From positions 1,751-65,750 of the forward strand of contig NZ_CALVBG010000001.1 of NCBI RefSeq assembly GCF_944325745.1: a stretch of 64,000 nucleotides of DNA. Direction: 5' to 3'. Position 1 is the stretch's first letter; each line of letters opens with the position of its first letter. The DNA comes from an uncultured Faecalicoccus sp. GTDB taxonomy: Bacteria > Bacillota_I > Bacilli_A > Erysipelotrichales > Erysipelotrichaceae. The notes beneath the pieces were generated by a model. That model had not been told where the DNA came from, searched no databases, and worked only from the letters and a program-made list of their open reading frames with translations. Shown in pieces: positions 50,351 through 59,786 of this stretch. The position numbers and the translations under genes were made by a program.

Positions 50351-51226
50351 TTAGTCTTTCAAGCCACCAAGGCTCATACCTTGTGTCAATTTTTTCTGTA
50401 CAATGATATACAGAATCAAGGTTGGAACCATGGCAATTACCAAACCAGCATACATCGTACCATAATCCGCTGCAGAACGCTGCGCCTGCATCAAGTTACG
50501 AAGGCCCACCGACAATGTCGCATGTTCTGTCTCCAGTAACGTAAAGGCAACCATATATTCATTCCAATATGCCAAGAACTGGAACAAGATGACGGTAATG
50601 ATACTTGGGCGAGCCATAGGAATCATGATCTTAGTCATTGTCTTAAAGTAACCACATCCATCGATCAAAGCGGCTTCCTCATAAGCTTTCGGCAATGATT
50701 GGAAATATCCTGATAACAGATAAACTGTAAATGGTAAACTGGTGGAAGCATAGACAATCGCCAATATCAACTTGTTGTCAACCAGGAAATGGGTCACTCC
50801 CAACATATTATCAATATTAAACAGATTCATATAAATCGGTAAAACGATGTAGTTCATGTTGATAAACAAACCCGCCATGAATAACAAGTTCATGAATTTT
50901 TTACCTTTAAACTTGAATCGCGCCAGTACATAGGAGCAAGGCAAGGCAACAACCAATAAGATCGCTAAGGCCATCGCAACGACAATGACTGTATTGAGCA
51001 GATAATCGCCCATTCTTGCCTTTTCAAAAGCTTTTACATAGTTGCCCCATTGGAGTACTTCAGGCCATGCCCAAGGATTAGCAGCATTTAATTCAAGCTG
51101 CGTTTTTAAACTTGCGAGGAATACCCAAGCAATCGGAACAACAATCGTAATTGCAAATACGATCATTACAAAGTAAATAAAGATCTTATACCATGCATGA
51201 GGTGATAAATTTTTCATTTTTTTCAT
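50351..51226 (-). CDS. Carbohydrate ABC transporter permease (MalG-like)
   Basis: EAA motif YEEAALIDG, WNEY, multiple TM segments. Confidence 0.92.
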   Translation of the reverse strand: MKKMKNLSPHAWYKIFIYFVMIVFAITIVVPIAWVFLASLKTQLELNAANPWAWPEVLQWGNYVKAFEKARMGDYLLNTVIVVAMALAILLVVALPCSYVLARFKFKGKKFMNLLFMAGLFINMNYIVLPIYMNLFNIDNMLGVTHFLVDNKLILAIVYASTSLPFTVYLLSGYFQSLPKAYEEAALIDGCGYFKTMTKIMIPMARPSIITVILFQFLAYWNEYMVAFTLLETEHATLSVGLRNLMQAQRSAADYGTMYAGLVIAMVPTLILYIIVQKKLTQGMSLGGLKD

Positions 51227-51237
51227 AAATACACCTC

Positions 51238-52119
51238 CTAGAACTGCAATGGATCACGTTTCGTTACTCTATTTAAAGCACCCGCCATAGAGAATGCCAA
51301 AATAAACGTGATTACACCAATCGCCATACCATAACCAAGGTTGCCAGAGAATGCCTTAGAATACATATAGTTCAACATGACTTGAGTTCCAAACTGTCCG
51401 TTGGTATTGACCTGTACAAATAAGAAACTCAAGTTGATCGTTGAAATTACGAAGAATGTCAACGTTTGACGAATATTATCCCAAATACAAGGCAATGTGA
51501 TCATAAAAAACTGTTTGAATTTTCCAGCACCTTCCAAAGAAGCCGCTTCATACAAGTTTTCTGGAATAGAAGTCATACTGGCCATATACATTACCATATA
51601 ATAACCGATTGCTTGCCATACCAGTGCACCAATGATCGAGAAGATAATGATCTCCGGATCCCCCATCCATTGACGAGTTAAAGAATCCAATCCAATGGAA
51701 GATAATAGAGTATTCAACAGACCATTACTTGGTGCATAGATTGCCGAGAAGATCCCCGCAATGATAACGATATTCAAAATATTTGGAATATAGAAAATAA
51801 CACGGAATAAGTTTTTTCCCTTGAATTCTTCTCTTGTCAACAAAGTTGCGAAGAAGATTGCCAATACAATCGTAAACATAGTGATGACCACAATGATCAA
51901 GATCTGATTTTGAATCGATTCAAGGAAAATGGAGTCATTGAATAAAGTTTTGAAGTTCTTTAATCCAATAAACGTCTCATCACCTACAAAGCTTGATTTT
52001 TGATACAGAGAATATCGGAATACCTGAATGGTAGGGATTACAATAAACAGAGTAACGAGAATCAGAGCAGGTGCCAGACATGCAGCAACAAAGCGCGATT
52101 GTGCTTTCTTTTTTGTCAT
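51238..52119 (-). CDS. Carbohydrate ABC transporter permease (MalF-like)
   Basis: FIGLKNF, LYEAASLEGA..QFF.ITLP. Confidence 0.92.
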   Translation of the reverse strand: MTKKKAQSRFVAACLAPALILVTLFIVIPTIQVFRYSLYQKSSFVGDETFIGLKNFKTLFNDSIFLESIQNQILIIVVITMFTIVLAIFFATLLTREEFKGKNLFRVIFYIPNILNIVIIAGIFSAIYAPSNGLLNTLLSSIGLDSLTRQWMGDPEIIIFSIIGALVWQAIGYYMVMYMASMTSIPENLYEAASLEGAGKFKQFFMITLPCIWDNIRQTLTFFVISTINLSFLFVQVNTNGQFGTQVMLNYMYSKAFSGNLGYGMAIGVITFILAFSMAGALNRVTKRDPLQF

Positions 52120-52147
52120 TTTGTCCTCCTTATCTCTCTAGTCTAAA

Positions 52148-52174
52148 TAAAGCGGTGAAAGAATCACCGCTTTA
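52148..52174 (-). other. Intergenic stem-loop after solute-binding protein gene
   Basis: TAAAGCGGTGA...TCACCGCTTTA; typical stabiliser/attenuator in ABC operons. Confidence 0.55.
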
Positions 52175-52195
52175 TAGTTTCATATCACTGTTTTT

Positions 52196-53548
52196 TTATT
52201 CTGCAGACAGAGGATTTTCACGTAATGTTGTCCAAAGTTCTGTCAGTGATTCTTGCCATGTATCAACAGTAACGCCTTCTTTACCACTTGCGATTTCTTC
52301 GATAGGACCATAGATTGTTCCTTTGAAGTCAACATCTGGAACAGCTGTTGCATCATAAGCGGCATATGTACCGGATACAGCTTTTACACCTTCCATGTTA
52401 TAAACATCAAACAGACCTTTTAACTGTTCGTCAGCTAATAAGCTAGCAGAATCTTTTCTTGGTGAAACGATATTGTGAGATGCGAAAATCTGAGCGGCAT
52501 CTTCAGAGTATAAGAACTTGATAAACGCTTTTGCGTCATCAGCATTTGCAGCTTCTGCAGGGATCCAAACAGTTTCAGTCATTGTAGTAACTACGCGATC
52601 TCCACCTTCTTCAAATGCAGGTAAAGGCATTACACCCCAAGAGAATCCTTCAGGAGTCGTTTCAGCCATTTCGGCAACGATCCAAGATCCGTTTGGCATA
52701 AATACGGCTTTACCATCGATCATAGACTGCTGGTTAACAGTAAATCCACCATCAACGTTAGCGTTCGCTACTGTGTCTTTTTCAAGATATTCAGGACCAA
52801 CTAATTTAGCGATCGTTTCAAGAATCAGTTTTCCTTCATCGGAATCCCAAGTTCCTTCACCGTATTTCAATGCGTTCTGGAAGTATTCTTCTCCACCAGC
52901 CTGGTATAACATACCTAACAATGTGTTATCGAAGTAACCTCTGATTGGATAAGTAAACAAGTATTTGTTTGCATCTTCAGAATGAACTTGGTCACCTAAA
53001 GCAAACATTTCATCCCAAGTTGTAGGAAGTTCTTCATCACTTAATTCCGCTTTGTTGTAGTATAAACCAGCTGGTGTATACATAATTGGAGCTAAGTAGC
53101 TCTTTCCATCGCCAAAATATTCAGCTGTTGGTGAAGTAATAGAAGTATCAATTTCATCTGCTACTTCTTCCATTACATCACTGATATCCATTACTTTATT
53201 GCTGTTCAGCATAGATTCAGTGTAGTTAGATGCCTGTCCCAAGTTGTAGTAAACAAGGTCTGCATACTTACCAGAAGCGTTGTCTTTCTGCATTTCCTGG
53301 TCGATTTCTTTACTCCAACGGATCTGAACATCAACATCAGGATTTGCTTCTTCGAAAGCAGCAGCTGCTTCTTCCAAGAATTCTGTACCGTTTCCGCCTT
53401 CGAAAGCATCAAACGCTAAAATACGCTGACCATCTTCGTTAGTAGGAACTTCGGCTTCTGCAGTATCAGAGCTTCCTCCTGAGCTACAACCAGTAACAAG
53501 TGTAGCCATAGCCAGAGCTACAGCCCCAGCTCTATAAAATTTGTTCAT
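52196..53548 (-). CDS. Carbohydrate ABC transporter solute-binding lipoprotein
   Basis: Lipobox LVTGC, LYYNK, PTTWDEM, FMPNGSW. Confidence 0.9.
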   Translation of the reverse strand: MNKFYRAGAVALAMATLVTGCSSGGSSDTAEAEVPTNEDGQRILAFDAFEGGNGTEFLEEAAAAFEEANPDVDVQIRWSKEIDQEMQKDNASGKYADLVYYNLGQASNYTESMLNSNKVMDISDVMEEVADEIDTSITSPTAEYFGDGKSYLAPIMYTPAGLYYNKAELSDEELPTTWDEMFALGDQVHSEDANKYLFTYPIRGYFDNTLLGMLYQAGGEEYFQNALKYGEGTWDSDEGKLILETIAKLVGPEYLEKDTVANANVDGGFTVNQQSMIDGKAVFMPNGSWIVAEMAETTPEGFSWGVMPLPAFEEGGDRVVTTMTETVWIPAEAANADDAKAFIKFLYSEDAAQIFASHNIVSPRKDSASLLADEQLKGLFDVYNMEGVKAVSGTYAAYDATAVPDVDFKGTIYGPIEEIASGKEGVTVDTWQESLTELWTTLRENPLSAE

Positions 53549-53601
53549 ATTATCCTCCTCCTCTAATAATTAGAACTTCATTTGATTTCAGTATAAAGAA
53601 A

Positions 53602-53615
53602 TGTAAGCGCTTTTA
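53602..53615. promoter_or_regulatory. cre-like (CcpA/LacI-type) operator
   Basis: TGTAAGCGCTTTTA just upstream of the TATACT -10 of the SBP operon, in the divergent SBP/sulfatase spacer. Confidence 0.6.
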
Positions 53616-53755
53616 CTACACGATTCTTGTTAGTTTTTTTAGAGATATTGCTTTTTCGCAAAAAACGACAAAATCATGAAATGTCAAGTAAAATATGCTA
53701 TACTACAAAAAGTATATAAAACACTTATAGATCATGACTGAAGGAGGATCTCATA

Positions 53756-55210
53756 ATGAAAAAGAAACCGAATATCGTTTTGCTCATGTGTGATCAATTT
53801 CGCGGGGATTGTTTATCCATCGCCAATCATCCAGATGTACAGACTCCCTATTTAGATTCCATTGGGAATGACGGAACGGTCTTTGATCATGCTTATAGCG
53901 CCACTCCCAGCTGTATACCTGCACGCGCTGCCATATTTACCGGGCGAAGTCAGGAAGGTCACGGTCGTGTCGGATATGAAGATGGGATCGACTGGAATTA
54001 CACGCATTATTTAGCAGAAGAATTCTCAAATGCTTCCTATCAGACAGAATGTATCGGGAAAATGCACGTGCATCCGCCAAGACTCACATGTGGTTTTGAT
54101 CACATTCGTCTGCACGATGGGTTTTTACATAATCTAAGACAAGACTCAATTCCCCATTGGATGCACCAAGAAGTCTGTGATGATTATTTATATGATCTAA
54201 AAAATAAAAAAGGTCTGCAAGCGGATGTAACCGCATCAGGATTGGAATGCAATTCATGGGTCACTCATCCTTGGATCTATGAAGAAACACTGCACCCTAC
54301 GAATTGGGTCAGTGATGAAAGTCTTCGCTTTTTAGATACAAGAGATCGTACAAAACCGTTTTTTATGATGTCATCCTTCTTGCGGCCGCATCCCCCTTTT
54401 GATCCGCCGCAATCGTATTATGATTTATATAAGGATAAAGACTTGCGCGCTCCGGCAAAAGGCGATTGGGACGATTTAGCACAGACTCAAAAACATCATT
54501 TCGAGCCCAACTCGATTTATGGTAAAGATGATGATCGCGTCCAGCACGATGTCATGGCTGGTTATTATGCTTGCATCACGCATGTTGATCATCAGATTGG
54601 CCGCATCTTATTTAAGCTGCAGGAACAAGGTGTCTTAGAAGATACGATCGTACTGTTTGTCAGTGACCATGGCGAAATGTTATTCGATCATAGTCTATGG
54701 CGAAAAGTATTCCCTTATCAAGGAAGCGTCCATATCCCGTTCTTGATGCGTATTGGAAAGAATATCTTACCTAAGCAGAAAAAAGTGATCCATGAAGTCG
54801 TAGAATTAAGGGATATCATGCCTACCCTGCTTGATCTTTGCGGGTTGCCCATTCCGGATACAGTGGACGGAAACTCCTTGGTTCCTCTTTTGACCGAAGA
54901 AAAAGATTCACTTCGGGATTACATTCATGGTGAGCACAGTTTCCACTCCGGTCTGTCGAATCATTATATCGTAACCAGACAATACAAATACATTTGGTAT
55001 AGTGAAACAGGCATGGAACAGTTCTTTGATTTAGAAAAAGATCCCCAGGAAACGCATAATGCGATTCAGGATCCTGCCTATCAAAGCACAATTGAATCTT
55101 TACGAGAGGCTTTGATCAAAGAATTAGCTGACCGTCCTGAAGGATATAGCGATGGAAAACAACTGATCGTCGGAAAGACACCTGTGAATATGATCAAATA
55201 TCGACCTTAG
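53756..55210 (+). CDS. Formylglycine-dependent (Cys-type, S1) sulfatase, no signal peptide
   Basis: PNIVLLMCDQ, SCIPARAAIFTGR (CxPxR), GKMH, RPHPP, SDHG. Confidence 0.92.
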   Translation: MKKKPNIVLLMCDQFRGDCLSIANHPDVQTPYLDSIGNDGTVFDHAYSATPSCIPARAAIFTGRSQEGHGRVGYEDGIDWNYTHYLAEEFSNASYQTECIGKMHVHPPRLTCGFDHIRLHDGFLHNLRQDSIPHWMHQEVCDDYLYDLKNKKGLQADVTASGLECNSWVTHPWIYEETLHPTNWVSDESLRFLDTRDRTKPFFMMSSFLRPHPPFDPPQSYYDLYKDKDLRAPAKGDWDDLAQTQKHHFEPNSIYGKDDDRVQHDVMAGYYACITHVDHQIGRILFKLQEQGVLEDTIVLFVSDHGEMLFDHSLWRKVFPYQGSVHIPFLMRIGKNILPKQKKVIHEVVELRDIMPTLLDLCGLPIPDTVDGNSLVPLLTEEKDSLRDYIHGEHSFHSGLSNHYIVTRQYKYIWYSETGMEQFFDLEKDPQETHNAIQDPAYQSTIESLREALIKELADRPEGYSDGKQLIVGKTPVNMIKYRP

Positions 55211-55236
55211 AGGGCTCATTCAGCCCTTTTTCTTTT
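55210..55236 (+). terminator. Terminator after sulfatase
   Basis: AGGGCT-cattc-AGCCCT followed by T run. Confidence 0.6.
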
Positions 55237-55354
55237 GTCCAAAAACACAAAAAATTTACTTGTGAAAAAATTATTTTGTTCATTGATTTTCCCACCTTCC
55301 TATGATAAAGTCAAAGGTGGTAAGAAATACCTTAAACAAAATGGAGGAAAAGTC

Positions 55355-56539
55355 ATGAGTAAAAAAATCGTATTAGCTGGTGCCTGCCGTACAGCCATTG
55401 GGAAAATGGGTGGTGCTTTAAGCAATACACCGGCTGCTGACTTAGGAGCTATCGTAATCAAAGAAGCTCTTAATCGTGCTGGTGTAAAACCGGAACAAGT
55501 TGACGAAGTTTTGATGGGATGTGTTATTCAAGCTGCACAAGGACAAAACGTTGCCCGCCAGGCATCGATCAAAGCTGGTTTACCAATTGAAGTTCCTGCA
55601 GTCACTTTGAATGTTGTTTGTGGATCTGGTTTGAACTGTGTGAATCAGGCTGCCGCAATGATCAAAGCTGGTCAAGCGGATATCGTCGTTGCAGGTGGAA
55701 TGGAAAATATGTCTATGGCTCCATTCGCATTGAATAAAGCTCGTTTTGGTTACCGTATGAACAATGGTGTATTGGTGGATACGATGATCAACGATGCATT
55801 GACGGATGCCTTCAATCATTATCATATGATGATCACTGCCGAAAACATCTGCGATCAGTGGGGATTGACTCGTGAAGAATTGGATGCATTCTCTGCAAAT
55901 TCTCAGCAAAAATGTGAAAAAGCGCAAGCAGAAGGTAAATTCGATGATGAAATCGTACCAGTTCCTGTAAAAGTTAAAAAAGAAATCGTTGAATTCAAGA
56001 AAGACGAAGGACCTCGTGCTGGTACAACACCAGAAACTTTAGCCAAACTTCGTTGCTGCTCTGGTAAAGATGGTGGATTGGTTACAGCTGGTAACGCTTC
56101 CGGAATCAACGATGGAGCTGCTGCCATCGTAGTGATGAGCGAAGAAAAAGCAAAAGAACTTGGTGTAACTCCAATGGCTACTTGGGTTGATGGTGCGTTA
56201 GCTGGTGTAGATCCAAAGATCATGGGTATCGGTCCAGTGGCTGCTACAAAAAAAGTTATGGAACGTACTGGATTAAGTGTTGACGATATGGATCTGATCG
56301 AAGCAAATGAAGCGTTTGCAGCTCAGTCTGTAGCTGTTGCGAAAGAATTGAACTTCAACATGGATAAAGTCAATGTCAATGGTGGAGCCATTGCCTTAGG
56401 ACATCCGGTTGGCGCTAGTGGATGCCGTATCCTGGTTACCCTGTTACACGAAATGCAAAAACGTGATGCAAAGAAAGGTTTAGCAACTCTGTGTATCGGT
56501 GGCGGTATGGGATGTGCCACGATCGTTGAACGCGACTAA
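55355..56539 (+). CDS. thlA: Acetyl-CoA acetyltransferase (thiolase), paralog 2
   Basis: [38 protein letters not shown]; ATG 55355 with GGAGG RBS. Confidence 0.93.
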   Translation: MSKKIVLAGACRTAIGKMGGALSNTPAADLGAIVIKEALNRAGVKPEQVDEVLMGCVIQAAQGQNVARQASIKAGLPIEVPAVTLNVVCGSGLNCVNQAAAMIKAGQADIVVAGGMENMSMAPFALNKARFGYRMNNGVLVDTMINDALTDAFNHYHMMITAENICDQWGLTREELDAFSANSQQKCEKAQAEGKFDDEIVPVPVKVKKEIVEFKKDEGPRAGTTPETLAKLRCCSGKDGGLVTAGNASGINDGAAAIVVMSEEKAKELGVTPMATWVDGALAGVDPKIMGIGPVAATKKVMERTGLSVDDMDLIEANEAFAAQSVAVAKELNFNMDKVNVNGGAIALGHPVGASGCRILVTLLHEMQKRDAKKGLATLCIGGGMGCATIVERD

Positions 56540-56551
56540 TTGTAATGCAAT

Positions 56552-56604
56552 AAAAAAAGCTGTATCTTTTCGATCATTGATCAGAAAAGCTCTACAGCTT
56601 TTTA
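56552..56604. terminator. Long bidirectional terminator hairpin
   Basis: AAAAAGCTGTA...TACAGCTTTTT with paired inner arm. Confidence 0.65.
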
Positions 56605-56610
56605 TTATGG

Positions 56611-57408
56611 TTAAATATTTGTGTAATGGAAAATATTATAAATATTGATACAGATAATCAAGATCATCAAACCGATAAACAGTTTGTCCACGGTTTTCTC
56701 ATCGATCTTTTTGTTGATCTTTCTTCCGCATACCCCACCAAGGATTCCGCAGACGATCATTCCTGCCAACAACAATATTTCTATGGAAGGCAGCCCGCTT
56801 AAAAGGTTGCTGATCAAACTCGCACCTTGAGAAAACAAAATGATATATAAAGAGTTTTGAGCAGCTTCTTTTGTTTTCATCGTAAAGAAATAATAAAGAA
56901 CGACCAAATTAATGGGTCCTCCTCCGATTCCCAAAAAGGAAGAAAAACCGCCTAAAATCAATCCAATCAACAAACAAGACAGTAAGTTTGTCACCCGTAA
57001 AGTATGGATCTTATCTTTATTGATCGTATAAATCAAAGTTCCCAGTGTAATCAACAAAAGAATAGCCGCCTGGACAGCCCCCGCGGTATTCGGTGTTTCA
57101 AACAAAGAAGCGACAAAACTAAAAAGTTCTTTTCCGATCAGTCCGCCTATCGCCGCTCCAATCGCTAACGGAGTTCCAATCTTCATATTAACGGAAGAGT
57201 CTTTAGCGATAAAACTTTTACAAACAGAGTACGTGGTCATCGATAAAACTGTACAGCCCGATAAAAAATTGATCACGGATACATCCAGCACACCGAAGGC
57301 ATCCATGACCGGCTTGATGATGATTCCCCCGCCAATCCCACAGATGGCTCCGATGATCGAAGCTGAAAAACTGATCAAGAAAAACAATATATACATAAAA
57401 TCATTCAC
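56611..57408 (-). CDS. TauE/SafE family (sulfite exporter-like) membrane protein
   Basis: Two repeats GAICGIGGGIIIKP and SSFLGIGGGPIN, about 8 TM segments. Confidence 0.88.
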   Translation of the reverse strand: MNDFMYILFFLISFSASIIGAICGIGGGIIIKPVMDAFGVLDVSVINFLSGCTVLSMTTYSVCKSFIAKDSSVNMKIGTPLAIGAAIGGLIGKELFSFVASLFETPNTAGAVQAAILLLITLGTLIYTINKDKIHTLRVTNLLSCLLIGLILGGFSSFLGIGGGPINLVVLYYFFTMKTKEAAQNSLYIILFSQGASLISNLLSGLPSIEILLLAGMIVCGILGGVCGRKINKKIDEKTVDKLFIGLMILIICINIYNIFHYTNI

Positions 57409-57547
57409 CGCTTCCTTTTTTAATATTTTATAACAGAATCCTCGAATTCTTTAAAAATATCTTGTTCTTTTCTTTAGATGAATTGCCATTCCTTCAGTCA
57501 AATCACAAAAATTCGTTTATAATAGAAAAAAAGGAGTATTAAATATC

Positions 57548-58447
57548 ATGAAAACATTTATTGCAGTGGACTTGGGAGGAACCAATATTCGTGCCGCAAT
57601 CGTGCAAGAAGATGGAAAAATCTTAGATGTCCAAAAATCAAAAACCGAAGCACATTTAGGAAAAGACCACGTCATGAAAACCATGGAAGACCTGATTGCT
57701 TCTTTAAAAGGTTATGAAGAAGCGGAAGGTATCGGTTTAGGAATTCCAGGCCCTACGGATACGGTCAACGGTAAAATCATTATTTCTAACAATTTACCGG
57801 ATTTGATCGGCTATCCTATCGCAGATCATATCCGAAACCGTTTCAATAAGCCGACATTTATGGCAAACGATGTAAAAGTGGCAGGTTTGGCAGAAGCATT
57901 GCTGGGTGAAGGACGCGGAAAACAAAATGTATACTTTATGACAATATCCACCGGTGTAGCCGGCGCTATGATCTTAGATGGAAAAGTGCTCTCCGGATTC
58001 CATGGACATGGCGGAGAAATTGGAAATGCGATCATCGATCCCACTCGCGATCCTATTGCCGGTTTAAATCCGGGAGCCGCTGAATCTTGGGTATCCGGTC
58101 CGGCCATCGTTCGTGAAGGAAATAAAGCTTGCCAAAAAACATTTGAACACGCTGGTCAACTATTTGAAGCTGCCACAACCGATCCAAATGCCAAACAAGT
58201 TGTTGAACGTTTTAAAGACGATCTCGCAGTTTTATTAGCGAACGTATGCTTTGTCTGTGATCCTGAAATGATCCTGATTCAAGGTGGTGTCATGAAATCA
58301 AGCGCTGATTTCCTGGAAGATGTGCAAGAACGAATGAGAAAACTGCTGTTCCCTGGAATGCGCGAAACAACATTAGCCAGCGCCACCATTGAAGAACCAG
58401 GTCTTGTAGGGGCTGCGATGCTCGCAAAATCACAAATGAATGAATAA
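57548..58447 (+). CDS. ROK family sugar kinase
   Basis: AVDLGGTN, GIPGP, NDVK, STGVAG, GEIG; no N-terminal HTH. Confidence 0.85.
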   Translation: MKTFIAVDLGGTNIRAAIVQEDGKILDVQKSKTEAHLGKDHVMKTMEDLIASLKGYEEAEGIGLGIPGPTDTVNGKIIISNNLPDLIGYPIADHIRNRFNKPTFMANDVKVAGLAEALLGEGRGKQNVYFMTISTGVAGAMILDGKVLSGFHGHGGEIGNAIIDPTRDPIAGLNPGAAESWVSGPAIVREGNKACQKTFEHAGQLFEAATTDPNAKQVVERFKDDLAVLLANVCFVCDPEMILIQGGVMKSSADFLEDVQERMRKLLFPGMRETTLASATIEEPGLVGAAMLAKSQMNE

Positions 58448-58478
58448 AATCGCCTGATTATTATATTTTCTTTGTTTT

Positions 58479-58506
58479 TAACCGATCGAAAGGATCGGTT
58501 TTTTTT
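58479..58506 (+). terminator. Terminator after ROK kinase
   Basis: AACCGATC-gaaag-GATCGGTT plus T run. Confidence 0.7.
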
Positions 58507-58520
58507 ATAATATTGCGTTC

Positions 58521-58549
58521 TTGAAAAAGGACCGCAATAAATTTATAAT
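58521..58549 (+). promoter_or_regulatory. sigmaA promoter of AraC gene (probably leaderless transcript)
   Basis: TTGAAA-17 nt-TATAAT, ATG after 6 intervening nt, no SD. Confidence 0.65.
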
Positions 58550-58555
58550 ATTCGT

Positions 58556-59419
58556 ATGCCGAATCAACAATATATCATCAATGAAAAATCTTTTGATAAT
58601 ATCAAAATGAATTTAATTTATATCTCGCAAGGAATCTATGGAGATGACTGGCATAGTAAACAACATATGCATCATTGTACAGAATTATTCTATGTGACGA
58701 GAGGAAAAGGTTTATTTCAGACCGCTAATGAAACCTTACATCTCAAAGAAGATGATCTCGTTATCGTCAACCCTAATGTCAGTCATACAGAACTTGGATA
58801 TGATAACAATTTATTTGAGTACATCGTATTAGGCTTTGAAGGCACTGAGTTTTATGAAAAAGGATTAAAGCTCGAAAGTGATGTATTTTGTGCGAACTAT
58901 CAAGATTATAAACATGAGATCTTATTTTATTTGAAGACTCTGCTTCTGGAAGTCAAAAACCAGGAGCCCTATTATCAGGAACAATGCCAAAATCTTTTGG
59001 AAATCTTAATTATCAATATTATCCGTCGTTCCAAGATCGAATTACATATCTCCCCAAGCAAGAAAGTCAATCGAGAATGTATTTTTGTCGAAAACTATAT
59101 CAATGAACACTATAAAGAAAATATCACCTTGGATCATTTGGCTGAGGCTGCCTATGTCAATAAATATTATCTAGCACATACATTTAAAAAACAAAAAGGG
59201 ATCTCCCCTATCAACTTTCTTCTGGAAAAACGAATTGAGGAATCCAAGATTCTTCTGCGAACGACAAATCTATCCGTGAACGAGATCAGTCAAATTGTTG
59301 GATTTTCAAGTCAATCTTATTTTGCCCAAAGTTTTAAACGAACGATGCACCAAACACCATTAGAATATCGTCGTGCTCAAACTGCCGATGAATCCCGAAA
59401 AAGAGGTTCTGTCTTCTGA
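58556..59419 (+). CDS. AraC family transcriptional regulator with cupin sensor domain
   Basis: HMHHCTELFYV cupin; ITLDHLA..YLAHTFKK; VGFSSQSYFAQSFKR. Confidence 0.92.
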   Translation: MPNQQYIINEKSFDNIKMNLIYISQGIYGDDWHSKQHMHHCTELFYVTRGKGLFQTANETLHLKEDDLVIVNPNVSHTELGYDNNLFEYIVLGFEGTEFYEKGLKLESDVFCANYQDYKHEILFYLKTLLLEVKNQEPYYQEQCQNLLEILIINIIRRSKIELHISPSKKVNRECIFVENYINEHYKENITLDHLAEAAYVNKYYLAHTFKKQKGISPINFLLEKRIEESKILLRTTNLSVNEISQIVGFSSQSYFAQSFKRTMHQTPLEYRRAQTADESRKRGSVF

Positions 59420-59440
59420 AGACAAAACCTCTATTTTTTT
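59401..59440. terminator. Bidirectional terminator
   Basis: AGAGGTT.TGTCTTC-T-GAAGACA.AACCTCT plus T run between AraC and rbfA. Confidence 0.6.
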
Positions 59441-59786
59441 ATTGTTCTTGATGAAGATCGTGTAAGATCTTTTCAATGCGGTTTCCTTGTTCCAAGCTTA
59501 AGTCTTGTACAAAGACCAGATCCGGCATTTTTCGAATCTTGATCTTCTTTGCCAGATTCGATCGAATAAATCCTTTACTTTGATTCAAAACGCGCAGTCC
59601 GGCATCATTACGCGTCTGTTGCCCGAGAAAAGAAACATAGACTTTGGCTAAACTTAAGTCTTTTGTACATTGAACATCCGTTACAGTCACAAAGCCTAGC
59701 TTTGGATTCTTTAATTCGAACTGAAGGATCCTTGAGATCTCCTTTAACAGGATATGATCCATTCTTTCTGCTTTTAAAACAGCCAT
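59439..59786 (-). CDS. rbfA: Ribosome-binding factor A
   Basis: VTVTDV..TKDLSLAKVYV, GFIRS.LA..IRKMPDL.F..D. Confidence 0.94.
   Translation of the reverse strand: MAVLKAERMDHILLKEISRILQFELKNPKLGFVTVTDVQCTKDLSLAKVYVSFLGQQTRNDAGLRVLNQSKGFIRSNLAKKIKIRKMPDLVFVQDLSLEQGNRIEKILHDLHQEQ

Noticed and set aside
53620-53700. AraC-type direct repeats shared by SBP and tauE promoters (AACAAGA-like)
   Set aside because: Too short and AT-rich to distinguish from chance without comparative data
55260-55277. Rex box upstream of thiolase 2
   Set aside because: Only the TTGTGAA half-site matches
43055-56539. Two thiolases as direct repeats flanking a composite mobile element
   Set aside because: Proteins are clearly divergent, similarity is limited to conserved motifs, and no transposase or target duplication is visible
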